From NCBI GenBank assembly GCA_051313645.2, contig JBNRSN020000001.1, positions 260,896,001 through 260,960,000 of the forward strand: a stretch of 64,000 nt of DNA, read 5' to 3'. The translations under genes and the position numbers were made by a program. Of this stretch, positions 35,793-49,194 are shown one piece after another. The first letter of the stretch is position 1. Each line of letters starts with the position of its first letter. The stretch is from Centroscyllium fabricii. Taxonomy: Eukaryota. The notes under the pieces were generated by a model. It saw nothing but the letters and a program-made list of their open reading frames with translations, searched no databases and was not told the origin of the DNA.

Positions 35793-38700
35793 TGTGGTAA
35801 ACCACTCTTTCCTGTATATATCCACCCTGTTATGTATATATTTGTATTACTGTAATCGTACTATTCTCCATGTTGTACCATAGCCCATTGTGTGCGATTA
35901 CCTGGACATGCCCATGCTGGCTCCGCCTGCGACTCCTCCCTCCCGGGAGGAGGTACATAAGCGGCCGTCTCCCATCCCCCTGCCATTCCTGGGGACGGTC
36001 GACTAGCTGGTGCATGTCCACATTTGGCGAATAAAAGCCACATTGTTTTACCCTCTTAACTACTCGTCCACGAGGTCGTTATTTCGGTCACAATTTTATT
36101 CGCTAAATTTGACGATGGACGCAATGCTCAAGCCAGCAACGTTCGAATTGGATCCCCGGACACCAGGCGCATCAAATACATTCTCGCACTGGTTCGACTG
36201 TTTTGATGCGTACATGAGAGCGAACGCAGCGGTCGTCAGGACCGAAGAAGACAAACGGCGGCTCCTCAACGCCCGGGTGGGCCCTCAGGTGTACTCCATG
36301 ATCGTAGACGCATCATCATACTTGGATGCAATCAGGATCCTCAAAGCGGAGTACAACCGGGCACCCAACATCGTCCACGCCAGACACATTCTGGCCACCA
36401 GAAAACAGCAACCCGGTGAGTCCAGCGTGGAATTTCTACGCGCGCTGAGAGTACTATCACGGGCCTGTGACTGCAGAGCGCAATCGGCCCAGGTCCATGT
36501 GGACAGTCTGATCAGAGACGCATACGTGACAGGCCTCAGGTCGGACTATATCAGACAAAGGCTGTTAGAATAGAACGGCCTTGACCTGCAGGCAACAGCG
36601 GACCTGGGCAACGCGCTGGATGTGGCATCACTACACTTGTCGTCATACTCCGGCAACTATACGGGCCCAGCCCCGACAACTTGGACAACGCCGGCACAAC
36701 GGCCGGCGGAAGAAATGATCGCAGCCGCCCACGCTAACACGGCAAAATGCTACTTCTGTGGGCAGCCTCAGCATCTGAGACGCAGCTGCCCGGCAAGAGA
36801 CGCGGCCTGCTCGAAATGTGGCAAAAAGGGACACTACGCTAAAGTCTGCAAGGCGACTGCAGCGCCAAAACCGAAACCGGGCAGTGCCGCGTGTGGGACA
36901 TGGGGGCAGCCATATTGGACTCAGCCATCCCCCACTCAGCTCACCGCGTGGCAGCAGACGCCATATTGGACCCAGCCACCCCCTCCGCAGTACACCACAT
37001 GGCGGCAGCCATCTTGGGACCAGGCCCTGGAGGACTTCTCTTCGGATCAAGAGGAATCGACCGATCCGATATTAGCATCAGTTACCTTGGATCAGAACAA
37101 GGCTCAACCACTCGGGCAGTCGATGATGCCGGTGGGAGTGAACGGACAAGACGTCGAGTGCCTCTTCGACAGCGGGAGCACGGTGAGTTTTGTCCATCCT
37201 GAAACAGTAAGGCGCCTCTCCCTTAAGGTTATGCCAGCGAGCCAAAAGATCTCAATGGCTTCCAAGTCGGAATCTGCGGACGTCTCCGGGCGTTGCGCAG
37301 TGGCTCTAACGGTATGGGGCGTGCACTTTAGTAACTTTAACTTTTTCGTGCTGCCGCAGCTCTGCGCTCCATTGTTATTGGGTCTGGACTTCCAGTGCCA
37401 TCTCCAGAGCGTTACCATGTCGTACGGTGGGCCCCTTCCCCCACTCACGGTCAGCAACCGCCGCTCGGCGCAGCACCCTCGGCGCGCTACCTGTGGCCTC
37501 TCGACCCTTAAGGTCGCCCCTCCCTCACTCTTTGCTAACCTCACCCCGGACTGCAAGCCCGTCGCCACCAAAAGTAGGCGCTACAGTGCTGGGGACATGG
37601 ACTTTATCAAGTCCGAGGTGAAGCGCCTCCTGAAGGAGGGGGTTATCGAGGCCAGTAATAGCCCCTGGAGGGCGCAGGTAGTGGTGGTGAAGACTGGAGC
37701 TAAGAACCGGATGGTAGTGGACTATAGCCAGACCATTAACCGGTTCACCCAGTTAGACGCATACCCCCTCCCCCGGATAGCGGACATGGTAAATCAGATC
37801 GCGCAGTTTCGGGTTTTCTCAACCATAGATCTGAAGTCCGCATATCGCCAGCTCCCCATTCGCCCAGAGGACCGTCTCTATACCGCTTTCGAGGCTGACG
37901 GTCGAATCTACCACTTCCTCAGGGTCCCGTTTGGCGTCACGAATGGGGTCTCGGTCTTCCAAAGGGAGATGGACCGAATGGTCGATCAGTACGGGCTGCG
38001 AGCCACTTTCCCGTACTTCGATAATGTGACCATCTGCGGCCACGATCAGCAGGACCATGACGCTAACCTCCAGAAATTTCTCCACACCGCCAAAACACTC
38101 AACCTGACCTATAACACAGAAAAATGTGTGTTCAGGACCACCCGCCTCGCCATCCTCGGCAGTGTTGTGGAGAATGGGGTCATCGGTCCCGACCCGGACC
38201 GCATGCGCCCCCTCCTGGAGCTCCCCCTCCCCCACTCCCCCAAGGCCCTTAAACGGTGCTTGGGTTTCTTTGCCTATTACGCCCAGTGGGTCCCCAATTA
38301 TGCGGACAAAGCTCGCCCACTGCTTAAATCAACCTCATTTCCCCTGTCCGCAGATGCCCGCGCGGCGTTCTGCGGCATTAAGGACGACATTGCAAAGGCA
38401 ACGATGCACGCTGTGGACGAGTCCGTCCCGTTCCAGGTAGAGAGCGATGCATCGGACTTTGCCCTGGCCGCCACCCTTAACCAGGCGGGCAGACCCGTGG
38501 CCTTCTTCTCACGTACCCTCCAGGGCCCCGAGACCCGTCACTCCTCAGTCGAGAAGGAGGCCCAGGCCATTGTTGAAGCAGTGCGTCACTGGAAGCACTA
38601 CCTGGCCGGCAAACGATTTACCCTGCTGACTGACCAACGCTCAGTCGCTTTTATGTTCAACAACAAAGAGCGGGGTAAAATCAAGAATGACAAGATACTG

Positions 38701-40426
38701 AGGTGGAGAATTGAGCTCTCCGCGTTCAATTATGATATCTTGTACCGGCCCGGGAAATTCAACGAACCCCCAGACGCCCTGTCCCGCGGTACCTGTGCCA
38801 GCGCACAGACAGACCGACTACAAACCCTGCACAATGACCTCTGCCACCCGGGGGTCACCAGGTTGGTTCACTTTGTGAAGTCCCGCAACCTCCCCAACTC
38901 CATCGAGGAGGTCAAGACCATGACCAGCAACTGCCAGGTCTGTGCGGAGTGCAAGCCGCACTTCTATTGGCCAGACCGGGCGCATCTGATCAAGGCCACC
39001 CGCCCCTTTGAACGACTCAGCGTCGATTTCAAAGGGCCCCTTCCCTCCGCCAACAGGAACGTGTACTTCCTTAACGTCATTGACGAGTACTCCCGCTTCC
39101 CCTTTGCCATCCCCTGCCCGGACATGACCTCCGCCACCGTCATCAAAGCCCTCCACAGCATCTTCTCTCTGTTCGGCTACCCCAGCTACATCCATAGCGA
39201 CCGGGGGGGCCTCCTTTATGAGTGACGAGCTGCGTCAGTTTCTGCTAGCCAAAGGCATCGCTACTAGCAGGACTACCAGCTATAACCCCCGGGGGAACGG
39301 ACAGGTAGAGAGGGAGAACGCCACTGTCTGGAAGGCCATCCTGTTAGCCCTACGGTCTAAAGGCCTCCCAGTCTCCCGCTGGCAGGACGTCCTCCTGAAG
39401 TGCTCCACTCCATCTGGTCCCTCCTTTGTACGGCCACTAATGCCACCCCTCAGGAGCGACTTTTTGCCTTCCCTAGGAAGTCGGCTTCCGGGACCTCGCT
39501 GCCATCGTGGCTACTATCCCCGGGACCAGTCCTACTCCGGAAGCATGTGAGGGGCCACAAGGCAGATCCCCTGGTCGAACGGGTCCACCTCCTGCACGCC
39601 AATCCCCAGTACGCCTACGTAGCGTACCCCGACGGGAGGGAGGACACCGTGTCCATCAAGGACCTGGTGCCAGCGGGAGCCCCCAAACCCAGCCCCGCCC
39701 AGCAGCCCGCACCCCCACGACGGCCAGCCACTCCACCCGGGCCACCGACGCCAAGGTACGCTCCGCGGCACGAGAATCCAGCACCACGGTTCGTCCACCC
39801 GGCACCTGTAGGCAGCACGGCATGGCCTCCAGCATGGCTCCACAGTACACGCCTCCTAGAGTCAGACGACGAGGGAGAGAGCGCGCCACCTACTGTCACC
39901 GCAAGGGCACCAACGAGGAATCAACCAACGCAACCGGCCATCGCTCGTCCACCGGCATCATCACCAATGGTGCAACCAACCCAACCGGCCATTCCACGAC
40001 CGCCGACACCACCAGCGGTGCGCCGATCAACCAGGATTACCAGGCCGCCTGAGCGACTTAATCTGTAAATTAAAAGAACTGTCGCGTTCACCCCGCCGGA
40101 CTTTTGTTTTAAAGAAGGGGTGAAATGTGGTAAACCACTCTTTCCTGTATATATCCACCCTGTTATGTATATATTTGTATTACTGTAATCGTACTATTCT
40201 CCATGTTGTACCATAGCCCATTGTGTGCGATTACCTGGACATGCCCATGCTGGCTCCGCCTGCGACTCCTCCCTCCCGCGAGGAGGTACATAAGCGGCCG
40301 TCTCCCATCCCCCCTGCCATTCCTGGGGACGGCCGACTAGCTGGTGCATGTCCACCTTTAGCGAATAAAAGCCATATTGTTTTACCCTCTTAACTTCTCG
40401 TCCACGAGGTCGTTATTTTGGTCACA
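35793..40426 (+). mobile_element. Ty3/Gypsy element C (same lineage as A), full length, in a STAG2-like intron, inserted in a CR1
   Basis: LTRs 35793-36092 and 40126-40426, TSD GGGGG (35784-35788, 40427-40431), PPT aaagaaggggtgaaa. Confidence 0.96.
36115..40068 (+). pseudogene. gag-pol of element C (one TAG at 36571-36573, frameshifts near 39205 and 39397)
   Basis: 867-aa open stretch with two CCHC, LFDSGS, RT YFDN (38014-38025), RNase H, integrase. Confidence 0.93.
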
Positions 40427-40820
40427 GGGGGATCTCATAGAACCGTTTAAAATCCTGACGGGTTTAGACAGGTTAGATGCGGGTGGACTGTTCCCAATGT
40501 TAGGGAAGTCCAGAACCAGGGGCAACAGACTAAGGATAAGGGGTAAGCCATTTAGGACCGAGATGAGGAGAAACTTCTTCACCCAGAGAGTGGTGAACCT
40601 GTGGAATTCTCTGCCACAGAAAGTTGTTGAGGCCAGTTCACTAAATATATTCAAAAGGGAGTTAGATGTAATACTTACAACTAGGAGGATCAAGGGATAT
40701 GGCGAGAAAGCAGGAATGGGGTACTGTTGTAGCATGTTCAGCCATGAACGTGTTGAATGGCGGTGCAGGCTCGAAGGGCCGAATGGTCTACTCCTGCACC
40801 TATTTTCTATGTATCTATGT
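40427..40820 (+). mobile_element. CR1 3' end (continuation of 35750-35788)
   Basis: SLEFRRMR | GDLIEPFKILTGLDRLD... Confidence 0.85.
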
Positions 40821-41189
40821 ATAACCGGCAATGTTGCCGAGTCTGAGTCTCCCGCGGTGGCCGAGTTAAACAGTGGGGGTAGTTCTCCAAACTGCCACTA
40901 CTCGGCTTCTTGGCGCTGTTGGGAGTCGGAACACCTCAATCCCCTTGTAACAGGAGTCTGACTCTCCTGCGCTGCCGGTAGTCTCTTCTGATCCGCCATT
41001 TTACAGGGGTACTGTGCGTCTCCCACGCTGCTGGTAGTCATTGCATTGCATTACCCTCAACTGGCAGTACTGCACTTAATCAAGCATCTTCCACCATCCA
41101 TTTAACACAACATCCTGTAGGCGAGTACCCAATTACTGTGTACTGCACATTTCTTGATTTTTTTCTTTTTCTTTTAAAAAAATAGCCTC

Positions 41190-41440
41190 ACAGAAACACA
41201 GAAACACAGAAGATAGGAGCAGGAGTAGGCTATTCAGCCCTTCGAGCCTGCTCCGCCATTCAATGAGATCATGGCTGATCATCCAAACCCAGTACCCTGT
41301 CCCTGCCTTGTCCCCATATCCCTCGATCCCTATCGAGCCTGCACCGACATATATCCCACCCTATCCCCGTAACCCCACATATTCAATCCCCCTAACACTA
41401 AGGGTCAGTTTATCCTGGCCAATCAACCTAACCCGCACAT
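41190..41440 (-). mobile_element. HE1-type V-SINE, 3' half
   Basis: Tail and body only. Confidence 0.8.
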
Positions 41441-41589
41441 CCTCGGTAGATAACCCTCTGCGTCATCCGGAATTTTTGATCAACCAGCAACACGCCGGTC
41501 CCGTCGGTGCCGGATACCAAAGAGTTTCCTGTATATTAAAAAAAACAGGAGTGGAGCATTTTAACTGACAGGTCACATTAACTGAGATT

Positions 41590-43535
41590 GTTACAAGAAA
41601 TACAAAGCCCTAGTTAGACCACACCTGGAGTACTGTGTTCAGTTCTGGCCTTGGCGGGAGTGCAGCGTAGATTTACCAGAATGATACCCGGACTCCAAGG
41701 GTTAAATTACGAGGAGAGATTACACAAACTGGGGTTGTATTCCCTGGAACTTGGTAGGCTAAGGAGTTTTCAGGAAATTAAGGGGAACAGAATGGGGTAG
41801 ATAGAGGAAAACTATTTCCGCTGGTTGGGAATTCTAGGACTAGGGGTTATAAGAACATAAGAACATAAGAAGTAGGAGCAGGAGTAGGCCAATCGGCCCT
41901 TCGAGCCTGCTCCGCCATTCAATAAGATCATGGCTGATCTGATCCTAACCTCAATTTTATTTTTACTCTCCACCCCGCCCAAACCAATGTAATCACCTGG
42001 GAGAGGTGAAAAACCAGACATGGCCGATCTCAACCTAGCCTCACGTCCACTTACCAGCCCGTTCACCATAACCCCTAATTCCCTTTAATTCCAGGAAACT
42101 GTCTATCTCAGTTTTAAATTTATTCAACGTAGTAGCTTCTACAGCTCTCTGGGGCAGCAAATTCCACAGCCGCACCACCCTTTATCCACCCTATATGTTA
42201 TGTCCTCAAAGAACTCCAGCAAATTTGTCAAACATGACTTCCCCTTTGTAAAACCATGCTGACTTTGTCCTATTAAATGGTGTTTATCCAAATGCCCTGT
42301 TACTGTTTCCTTAATAATAGATTCTAACATTTTCCCAACCACAGATGTTAGGCTAACTGGTCTATAATTTCCAGCCTTCTGTCTATTACCCTTTTTAAAT
42401 AAGGGAGTTACGTTAGCAGTTTTCCAATCTGCCGGAACCTTTGCCTAAAAATTAGAGCCAGACCTTTCAGGAATGAAATTAGGAAACACTTCTGCACATA
42501 AAGGGGGGGATTTTCATGTCCCCGTGAAGCCGGGTTTTCGGCGGCCGGCAAAATAGCGCAATCGGCAGGTCCCACCCCTCCCCGCCGTATCACCGCCGCT
42601 TTCTCATTTTCGCCCGCCCAGATTCCCCGCCCTGAAACCTTCCTGCCGCCGACCGGTGGGGATGGGTTGTCACCTCGTTAAGGGCCCTTAATTGGCATCT
42701 TTAATGCCATTTTAAGGGCCGTCAGCCATTTTGCTCTGTTTTCCGCCCTAACCCTGCCACCTTAAACCCTGCTGGGTTACAGCGCTGCTTATTACTTTTG
42801 GACTATAACCTGGTGTTGTGTGACTTCTTGAATTCATTACTTTCTCCTTTAAGGTGTGAAGGACATGCTGCCAAATGCTTGGTATGCCTCCAGCACCTAA
42901 GTAACTCCGTTCTGGCTTAAGCAGCAGCTGTTAGCAGAAACTGAGCAATCTCAGTTCTGAACATGTCCTCACAGCCGCTGCAAGTTGTGAGCGATTCTGA
43001 GCCCGCCCGCCCACCTGTCAGTCACCAGCACTTGGCCTTTCCCATTGGCTCCACTCCACTGTGATGTCACAGTGGAATGTTTCCATGGGAACTGACAACA
43101 ACCACTGCTGGAACTGTCAATCAAAGTGCTCGCAGCACCGCTGCAGCCCGACTCGATTGACCTAATTACCTCCCGCTGCCGCCGACGGGGATTTAGCGAC
43201 CTAATTAAACTAAAATTGCGTTGCCTTCCCAGCTGTTTGGGCGGGCGGGACCGGAAGCCGCCCAGACCAATCGCCGCCAGGTTCCCGCCCTTCCGTCAAA
43301 ATTTCCTCCAAAGGGTGGTAGAGGTTTGGAACTCTCTTCCACAAATGACAATTGATGCTCGATCAATTGTTAATTTTAAATCTTGAGATTGATAGATTTT
43401 TGTTAATCAAAGGTATTAAGGGATATGGGGCAAAGGCGAGTACATGGAGTTAGGTCACAGATCAGCCACGATCTCATTGAACGGTGGAACAGGCTCGAGG
43501 GGCTGAATGGCCTCCTCCTGTTCCTATATTCCTAG
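41590..43535. mobile_element. Cluster of CR1 fragments on both strands
   Basis: LVRPHLEYCVQFW (+, 41600), [21 protein letters not shown] (-, 42139-42342), 3' tail (+, 43310-43535). Confidence 0.75.
42503..43309. mobile_element. PIF/Harbinger-like non-autonomous element (copy 3)
   Basis: Homologous to 26115-26922; 3-bp TSD AAA within a CR1. Confidence 0.68.
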
Positions 43536-43589
43536 GTTTTCAAGGTGGACAGGAAATGAACAGCCACAGCTTTCGACTAATATGCATGA

Positions 43590-44868
43590 CATAGAACATA
43601 GAACATAGAACATACAGCACTGTACAGGCCCTTGGGCCCTCAATGTAGTGCCGCGCTTAGTCCGTCTCTGATTTTTCCTGTCCCCCCTACTCTTCCTTCC
43701 CCTCCATGTACCTATCTATCATCCTTTTAAAAGCTCACAGACTGTCCGCATCCACTATTTCAGATGGTAGCCTATTCCACTCCCCGACCACTCTCTGTGT
43801 AAAGAACTTGCCCCTGCCATCCCTTCTGAATCTTCCTCCTTGAATATTGTGTTAGTGCCCTCTTGTTGTCGTTCTTCCCACCCGGGGAAACAGTCTCTGC
43901 ACGTTTACTCTATCGATCCCCTTCATCATCTTAAACACCTCTATTAAGTCCCCCCTCTTCCTTCTCCGCTCCAGGGAGAAGAGTCCCAGCTCCCTCAACC
44001 TCTCCTCGTACGACTTTCCCCCCATTCCCGGCAGCATCCTGGTGAATCTCCTCTGCACCCTCTCCAACGCCTCCACATCCCTCCTGTAGTACGGTGCCCA
44101 GAACTGCACACAGTACTCCAAGTGTGGTCTCACCAGTGACCTGTACAGCTGTAGCATGACCTCCCGGTTCTTAAACTCTATTCCCCTGTTGATGAAGGCC
44201 AATACACCATAGGCCTTTTTTACTGCCTTATCCACCTGGGTGGCAGCCTTCAATGATCTGTGTACATATACTCCCAGATCCCTTTGCTCCTCTGCTTCGC
44301 TCAGGACCCTGCCATTGACCCTATATTCCCTATTCCTATTTGCCCTACCGAAGTGCATCACCTCGCATTTCCCGTGTTGAACTCCATTTGCCATTCTTCA
44401 GCCCAGCTCTGCATCCTATCTATATCCCTCTGAATCCTTCTACTTACTTCCTCCTCATCCACTACTCCCCCAATCTTTGTGTCATCTGCAAATTTGCTGA
44501 CCCACCCCTCAGTCCCCTCCTCCAAGTCATTGATAAAGATTACAAATAGTAGTGGCCCCAACACCGACCCCTGTGGCACCCCACTGGTGACCGGTCTCCA
44601 ACCCGAGTATTGGCCCTCTACCACTACCCTCTGCTTTCTCTGAGCCAGCCATTTCTCTATCCATCCCACTACTTCTTTGTTTACCCCGCAACTCCTTACT
44701 TTCTTCATGAGTCGACCATGCGGGACCTTGTCGAACGCCTTGCTGAAGTCCATATATATGACATCAACCGCCTTTCCCTCGTCCACACACTTGGTCACCT
44801 CCTCAAAGAATTCTATCAGGTTGGTCAGGCACGATTTGCCCTTAACAAATCCGTGCTGACTGCTCCGC
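43590..44868 (-). mobile_element. CR1 LINE, RT domain to 3' tail
   Basis: [38 protein letters not shown]; one frameshift near 44370. Confidence 0.92.
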
Positions 44869-45168
44869 AAAAAATCTGCTTATCTTTCAACATTATACCT
44901 AGCATCTAAAAAGATTACAACGTGGAATAACTCCATCACAACCTTTGTAGTGTGTCTCTCTTTTTTCCATATTACTATGGTCAGTCTTCGATACAGTGGT
45001 GTCAATAGTCACTCCAGATAAAATACCGGGATTAAGCCCATCAACCTTTGAATAGAATCCAAGAATCTTTCACTGGTTTGCAGGAGTTGTATCCATTCTT
45101 TTTTTAAGAAGGTTTCTTTTTTGGAATGCTGCATTCGATTGTGTGACTGTTGTTTTCTCCCTTTGCAG

Positions 45169-45265
45169 TCCGTGGTTGATGACTGGATTGAAGAGTATAA
45201 ACTAGACAGAGATACTGCGCTCCTGGATGTCATCATTTTCTTTATTCAGTGCTCGGGATGCAGAG
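45169..45265 (+). CDS. STAG2: STAG2-like coding exon 4 ([33 protein letters not shown])
   Basis: 97 nt, ttctccctttgcag / GTAATC; unmistakable STAG-family motif. Confidence 0.95.
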
Positions 45266-45519
45266 GTAATCGGCTCTGATTTGTCATTAACGTGCACTGT
45301 ATTTTCTATGATACATTACCCTGTATTTTACTAAATGCTCTTGAATACAACTGGGTGATTTCATATTTTCCAGACATCCCATTTCTCACCTTTGTGATTG
45401 AAGCTAGGCTTACATTCTAAAAATGTGCCTATTTGGAATGATTGCTAGGCTTACTTTAATTTTTTTAATTTATAATGATAATCCCCTTATCCACCCAATT
45501 TCCACCCCTTTTCAGCCCT

Positions 45520-47810
45520 TTACATAGAAACATAGAAGATAGGAGCAGGAATAGGCCATTCGGCCCTTCGAGCCATTTAACGAGATCATGGCTGATCTTA
45601 CAAGTTCAGTACCCAGTCCCTGCCTTCTCCCCATATCCCTTAATCGCTTTAGCCTGAAGAAATATATCCAGTTCCCTCTTGAATATATTCAATGAACCGG
45701 CCTCCACCGCCCTCTGTGGCAAAGAATTCCACAGGTTCACCACTCTCTGTGTGAAGAATTTCCTCCTCATCTCAGTCCTAAATGGCTTTCCCCTTATCCT
45801 TAGACTATGCCCCCTGGTTCTCGACTCCCCCGCCATCGGAAACATCCTTTCTGCTTCTAACCTGTCCAGGCCTGACAGAATTTTATAAGTCTCGATGAGA
45901 TCCCCTCTTAATCTTCTAAACTCCAGCGAGTATAAGCCCAGACTACACAATCTCTCCTCATAAGTCATTCCTGCCATCCCAGGTATCAGCCTGGTGAATC
46001 GTCGCTGCACTCCCTCCATGGCAAGAACATCCTTCCTCAGATGAGGCGACCAAAACTGCACACAATACTCAAGGTGTGGCCTCACCAAGGCCCTGTACAG
46101 CTGCAGCAAGACATCCCTATTCCTATACTCAAACCCTCTTGATATAAAGGCCAACATACCATTTGCCTTTTTAACCACCTGCTGCACCTGCATGCTCACC
46201 TTCAGTGACTGGTGCACAAGAACACCCAGATCTCTTTGCACTTCCCCATCTCCCAATCTATTGCCGTTCAAATAATAATCTGCCTTCCTGTTTTTGCTAC
46301 CAAAGTGGATAACCTCACATTTATCCACATTATAGTGCATTTGCCATGTATTCGCCCAATCCCCCAATCTGTCCAAATCGTACTGGAGCTTCCTGACATC
46401 CTCCTCAGAGCATACTCCCCTCCAAGCTTAGTGTCGTCTGCGAATTTGGAGATGTTACATCCAATTCCCTCATCCAGGTCATTAATATATATTGTGAACA
46501 GCTGGGGTCCCAGTACAGACCCCTGTGGTACCCCACTAGTCACTGCCCGCCAATCAGAGTTTATCCCAACTCCCTGTTTTCTATCTGCCAACCAGTTTTC
46601 TATCCACATCAATACCCTGCCCCCAATCCTATGAGCCTTAATTTTGCATGCCAATCTCCTATGAGGGACCTTGTCAAAGGCTTTCTGGAAGTCCAGATAA
46701 ACCACATCTACTGGCTCTCCCCTATCTATTTTATCAGTTACATCCTCAAAGAATTCCAATAGATTAGTCAAGCACGATTTACCTTTTGTAAATCCATGTT
46801 GACTCTGTCCGATCCCATCACTATTTGTCAAGTGATCTGCTATTACATCCTTAATAATGGACTCTAGCATTTTGCCCACAACTGATGTAAGGCTTACATA
46901 ATTCCCCACTTTCTCTCTACCCCCCTTTTTGAATAGTGGGGTAACATTAGCCACCCTCCAATCCATGGGCACCGTTCCAGAGTTTATTGAGTTCTGGAAA
47001 ATGATCCTCAAAGCATCTGCTATCTCCAGGGCCACTTCCTTAAGCACCCTAGGATGCAGATTATCAGGCCCTGGGGATTTGTCGGCCTTTAATCCCTTCA
47101 ACTTCCCGAACACCATATCCTTAGAAATATTGATTTCTTTCAGTTCCTCCCTTGCATTAGTCCCTATGTTTCCCGACATCTCTGGGAGGTTATTTGTGTC
47201 CTCCTTTGTGAAGACAGAACCAAAATATGAATTTAATTGGTCCGCCATTTCCTTGTTCCCCATTATATATTCTCCTGATTCGGACTGCAAGGGCCCGACT
47301 CTGGATTTCACCAGTCTCTTCCTTTTAATGTATCTATAAAAGGTTTTGCAGTCAGTTTTTATGTTTGCCGCAAGCTTTCTTTCGTAATCTATTTTCCCCC
47401 TCTTAATTAATCCCTTTGTCCCGCATCATCTGAGTTAATATCTGTCTTTTCAATTGAGTTAATCCCCTCCTTCACCAGTAATGCTACCCCACCTCCCTTT
47501 CTTTTTTGCCTATCCTTCCTAAATATTGTATACCCTGGGATGTTAAGTTCCCAGCCTTGTCCACCCTGCAGCCATGTTTCTGTAATCCCAACCAAATCAT
47601 ATTCGTTTGCCTCTATTTCCACAGATAATTTATCTACCTTGTTCCGAATGCTTCTTGCATTAAGATACAAGGCTTCCAGGCTTGTTTTTTTCACGTTCCC
47701 CGACCATTGTACATTTTTATTACCTGCGATCCTGTTTGATTTTACCCGTTGATCTCCCATACTTTTGCTTTTCTCCTTTCTGTCTTTAGCTTTTTTTCTC
47801 GTTTCCCTTT
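45520..47810 (-). mobile_element. CR1 LINE with endonuclease start, internal deletion and full RT
   Basis: YLNARSIRNK..GITETWL..GGGVALLVK (APE); 347-aa and 256-aa RT ORFs. Confidence 0.92.
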
Positions 47811-47892
47811 CTTCCTGACATGATGAAAGTGACTGAACCTCAAACGTAACCCATGAGTTGTAAAATGTTTTGGGAAGTCTTATTGAAACATA

Positions 47893-48275
47893 CAGGTTGA
47901 GCACCGTTAATCCGTTACCCGAAGAACCGGCAGCTTCAGATGCCTGGCAACGTTTTCCCCGACTGCCCTGCGCATGTGCAAAATGGCCACCGCGCATGCC
48001 CGGGCCTCCCCGACTGGTCTGCGCATGCGCAACATGGCCGCTGTGCTTGGCTGCGCATGCCCGGGCCTCCCCGAACGATTGATGCTATGGCGCAGACCAT
48101 TCAAAATTTCGCAGTGGCCATTTTGAATGATCTGCGCTTGTGCCGCAGAACGGCGAGCGCATGCGCAGACCATTCAGACTTCGCGGCAGCCATTTTGAAT
48201 GACCTGCGCATGCGCCGCTGAACGGTGAGCGCATGCACAGAGCATTGAAAATTTCACGGCGGCCATTTTGAATGG
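47893..48275 (+). mobile_element. Truncated Tigger-like MITE (same family as 55875-56569) inside a CR1 fragment
   Basis: ta-caggttgagcaccgttaatccg left TIR only; repeated GCGCATGCGC and GCCATTTT. Confidence 0.75.
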
Positions 48276-48593
48276 GGCATTTCGGAGGGAAATCAGGAAG
48301 CACTTTTTCACACAAAGATTAGTGGAAAACTGGAACTCTTTCCCCCAAAAGGCTGTGGATACTGGGACAATATGGAGTTTTCAAATCTGAGATCGATAGC
48401 GTATCAAAGGATATGGAGAAAAGGCGGGCAGATTGAGATGAGGTACAGATCAGCCATAATCTCATTGAATGGCGGAACAGGCATGAGGGGCTGAATGGCC
48501 TACTCCTGTTCCTATGTTCCTATGATAAGGCACAGTAGAAATACAAAGTCTTATCTTACTCTCACTCCAGAACTACTTTCTACAAACCAACTA

Positions 48594-49194
48594 CAGGTAC
48601 ACAATCCTTTATCCGCAACTCCAAAAACCGAAAAGCTCTAAAAACCGAAATTTCAAAATGACCCGAGTTGCGCCAAACCTGACCCGTTTTGAAAGCTAAT
48701 TTGAATCATACCGGTGTAATAAGTATTACATTCCCATTCCATCCCTTGCACTGCTCGATAGGAAATGTAAAAACCGCAGGGTGAGCCCTCCCTCAGCTGA
48801 GCCCGGCACTTCCCCCGAGTACCGGGCTCGTTCCGCGGCCCGCGGTCCCTCGGCAGCCGCGCTAGGCCCCTCCCCTTTGATGGGAGAGGACGGCCTGCCG
48901 TTCCGTGAGCCGCTGCTGCGGCCTCCCTCGCAGAGCGCTGCGCCCGAGCCCCGGTATCAATGAAAAAAGGCCTTCCACCTGAAACGTCAACTCTGCTCCT
49001 CTCTCCACCGATGCTGCCTGGCCTGCTGAGTTTCTCCAGCGTTTTCTGCTCTTAGCCCACAATCTCCTACCGTTTCAGAGGCGCAATCGGACGGCAATGC
49101 GCATGCGCACTGGGCACCATCCCGAAAACCGAAATTATCCGAAAACCGAAGACCGCCCGGTCCCGAAGTGTTAGGATAAAGGATTGTGTACCTG
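48594..49194. mobile_element. Tigger/pogo-like MITE
   Basis: Perfect 21-bp TIR caggtacacaatcctttatcc, TA TSD. Confidence 0.9.
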
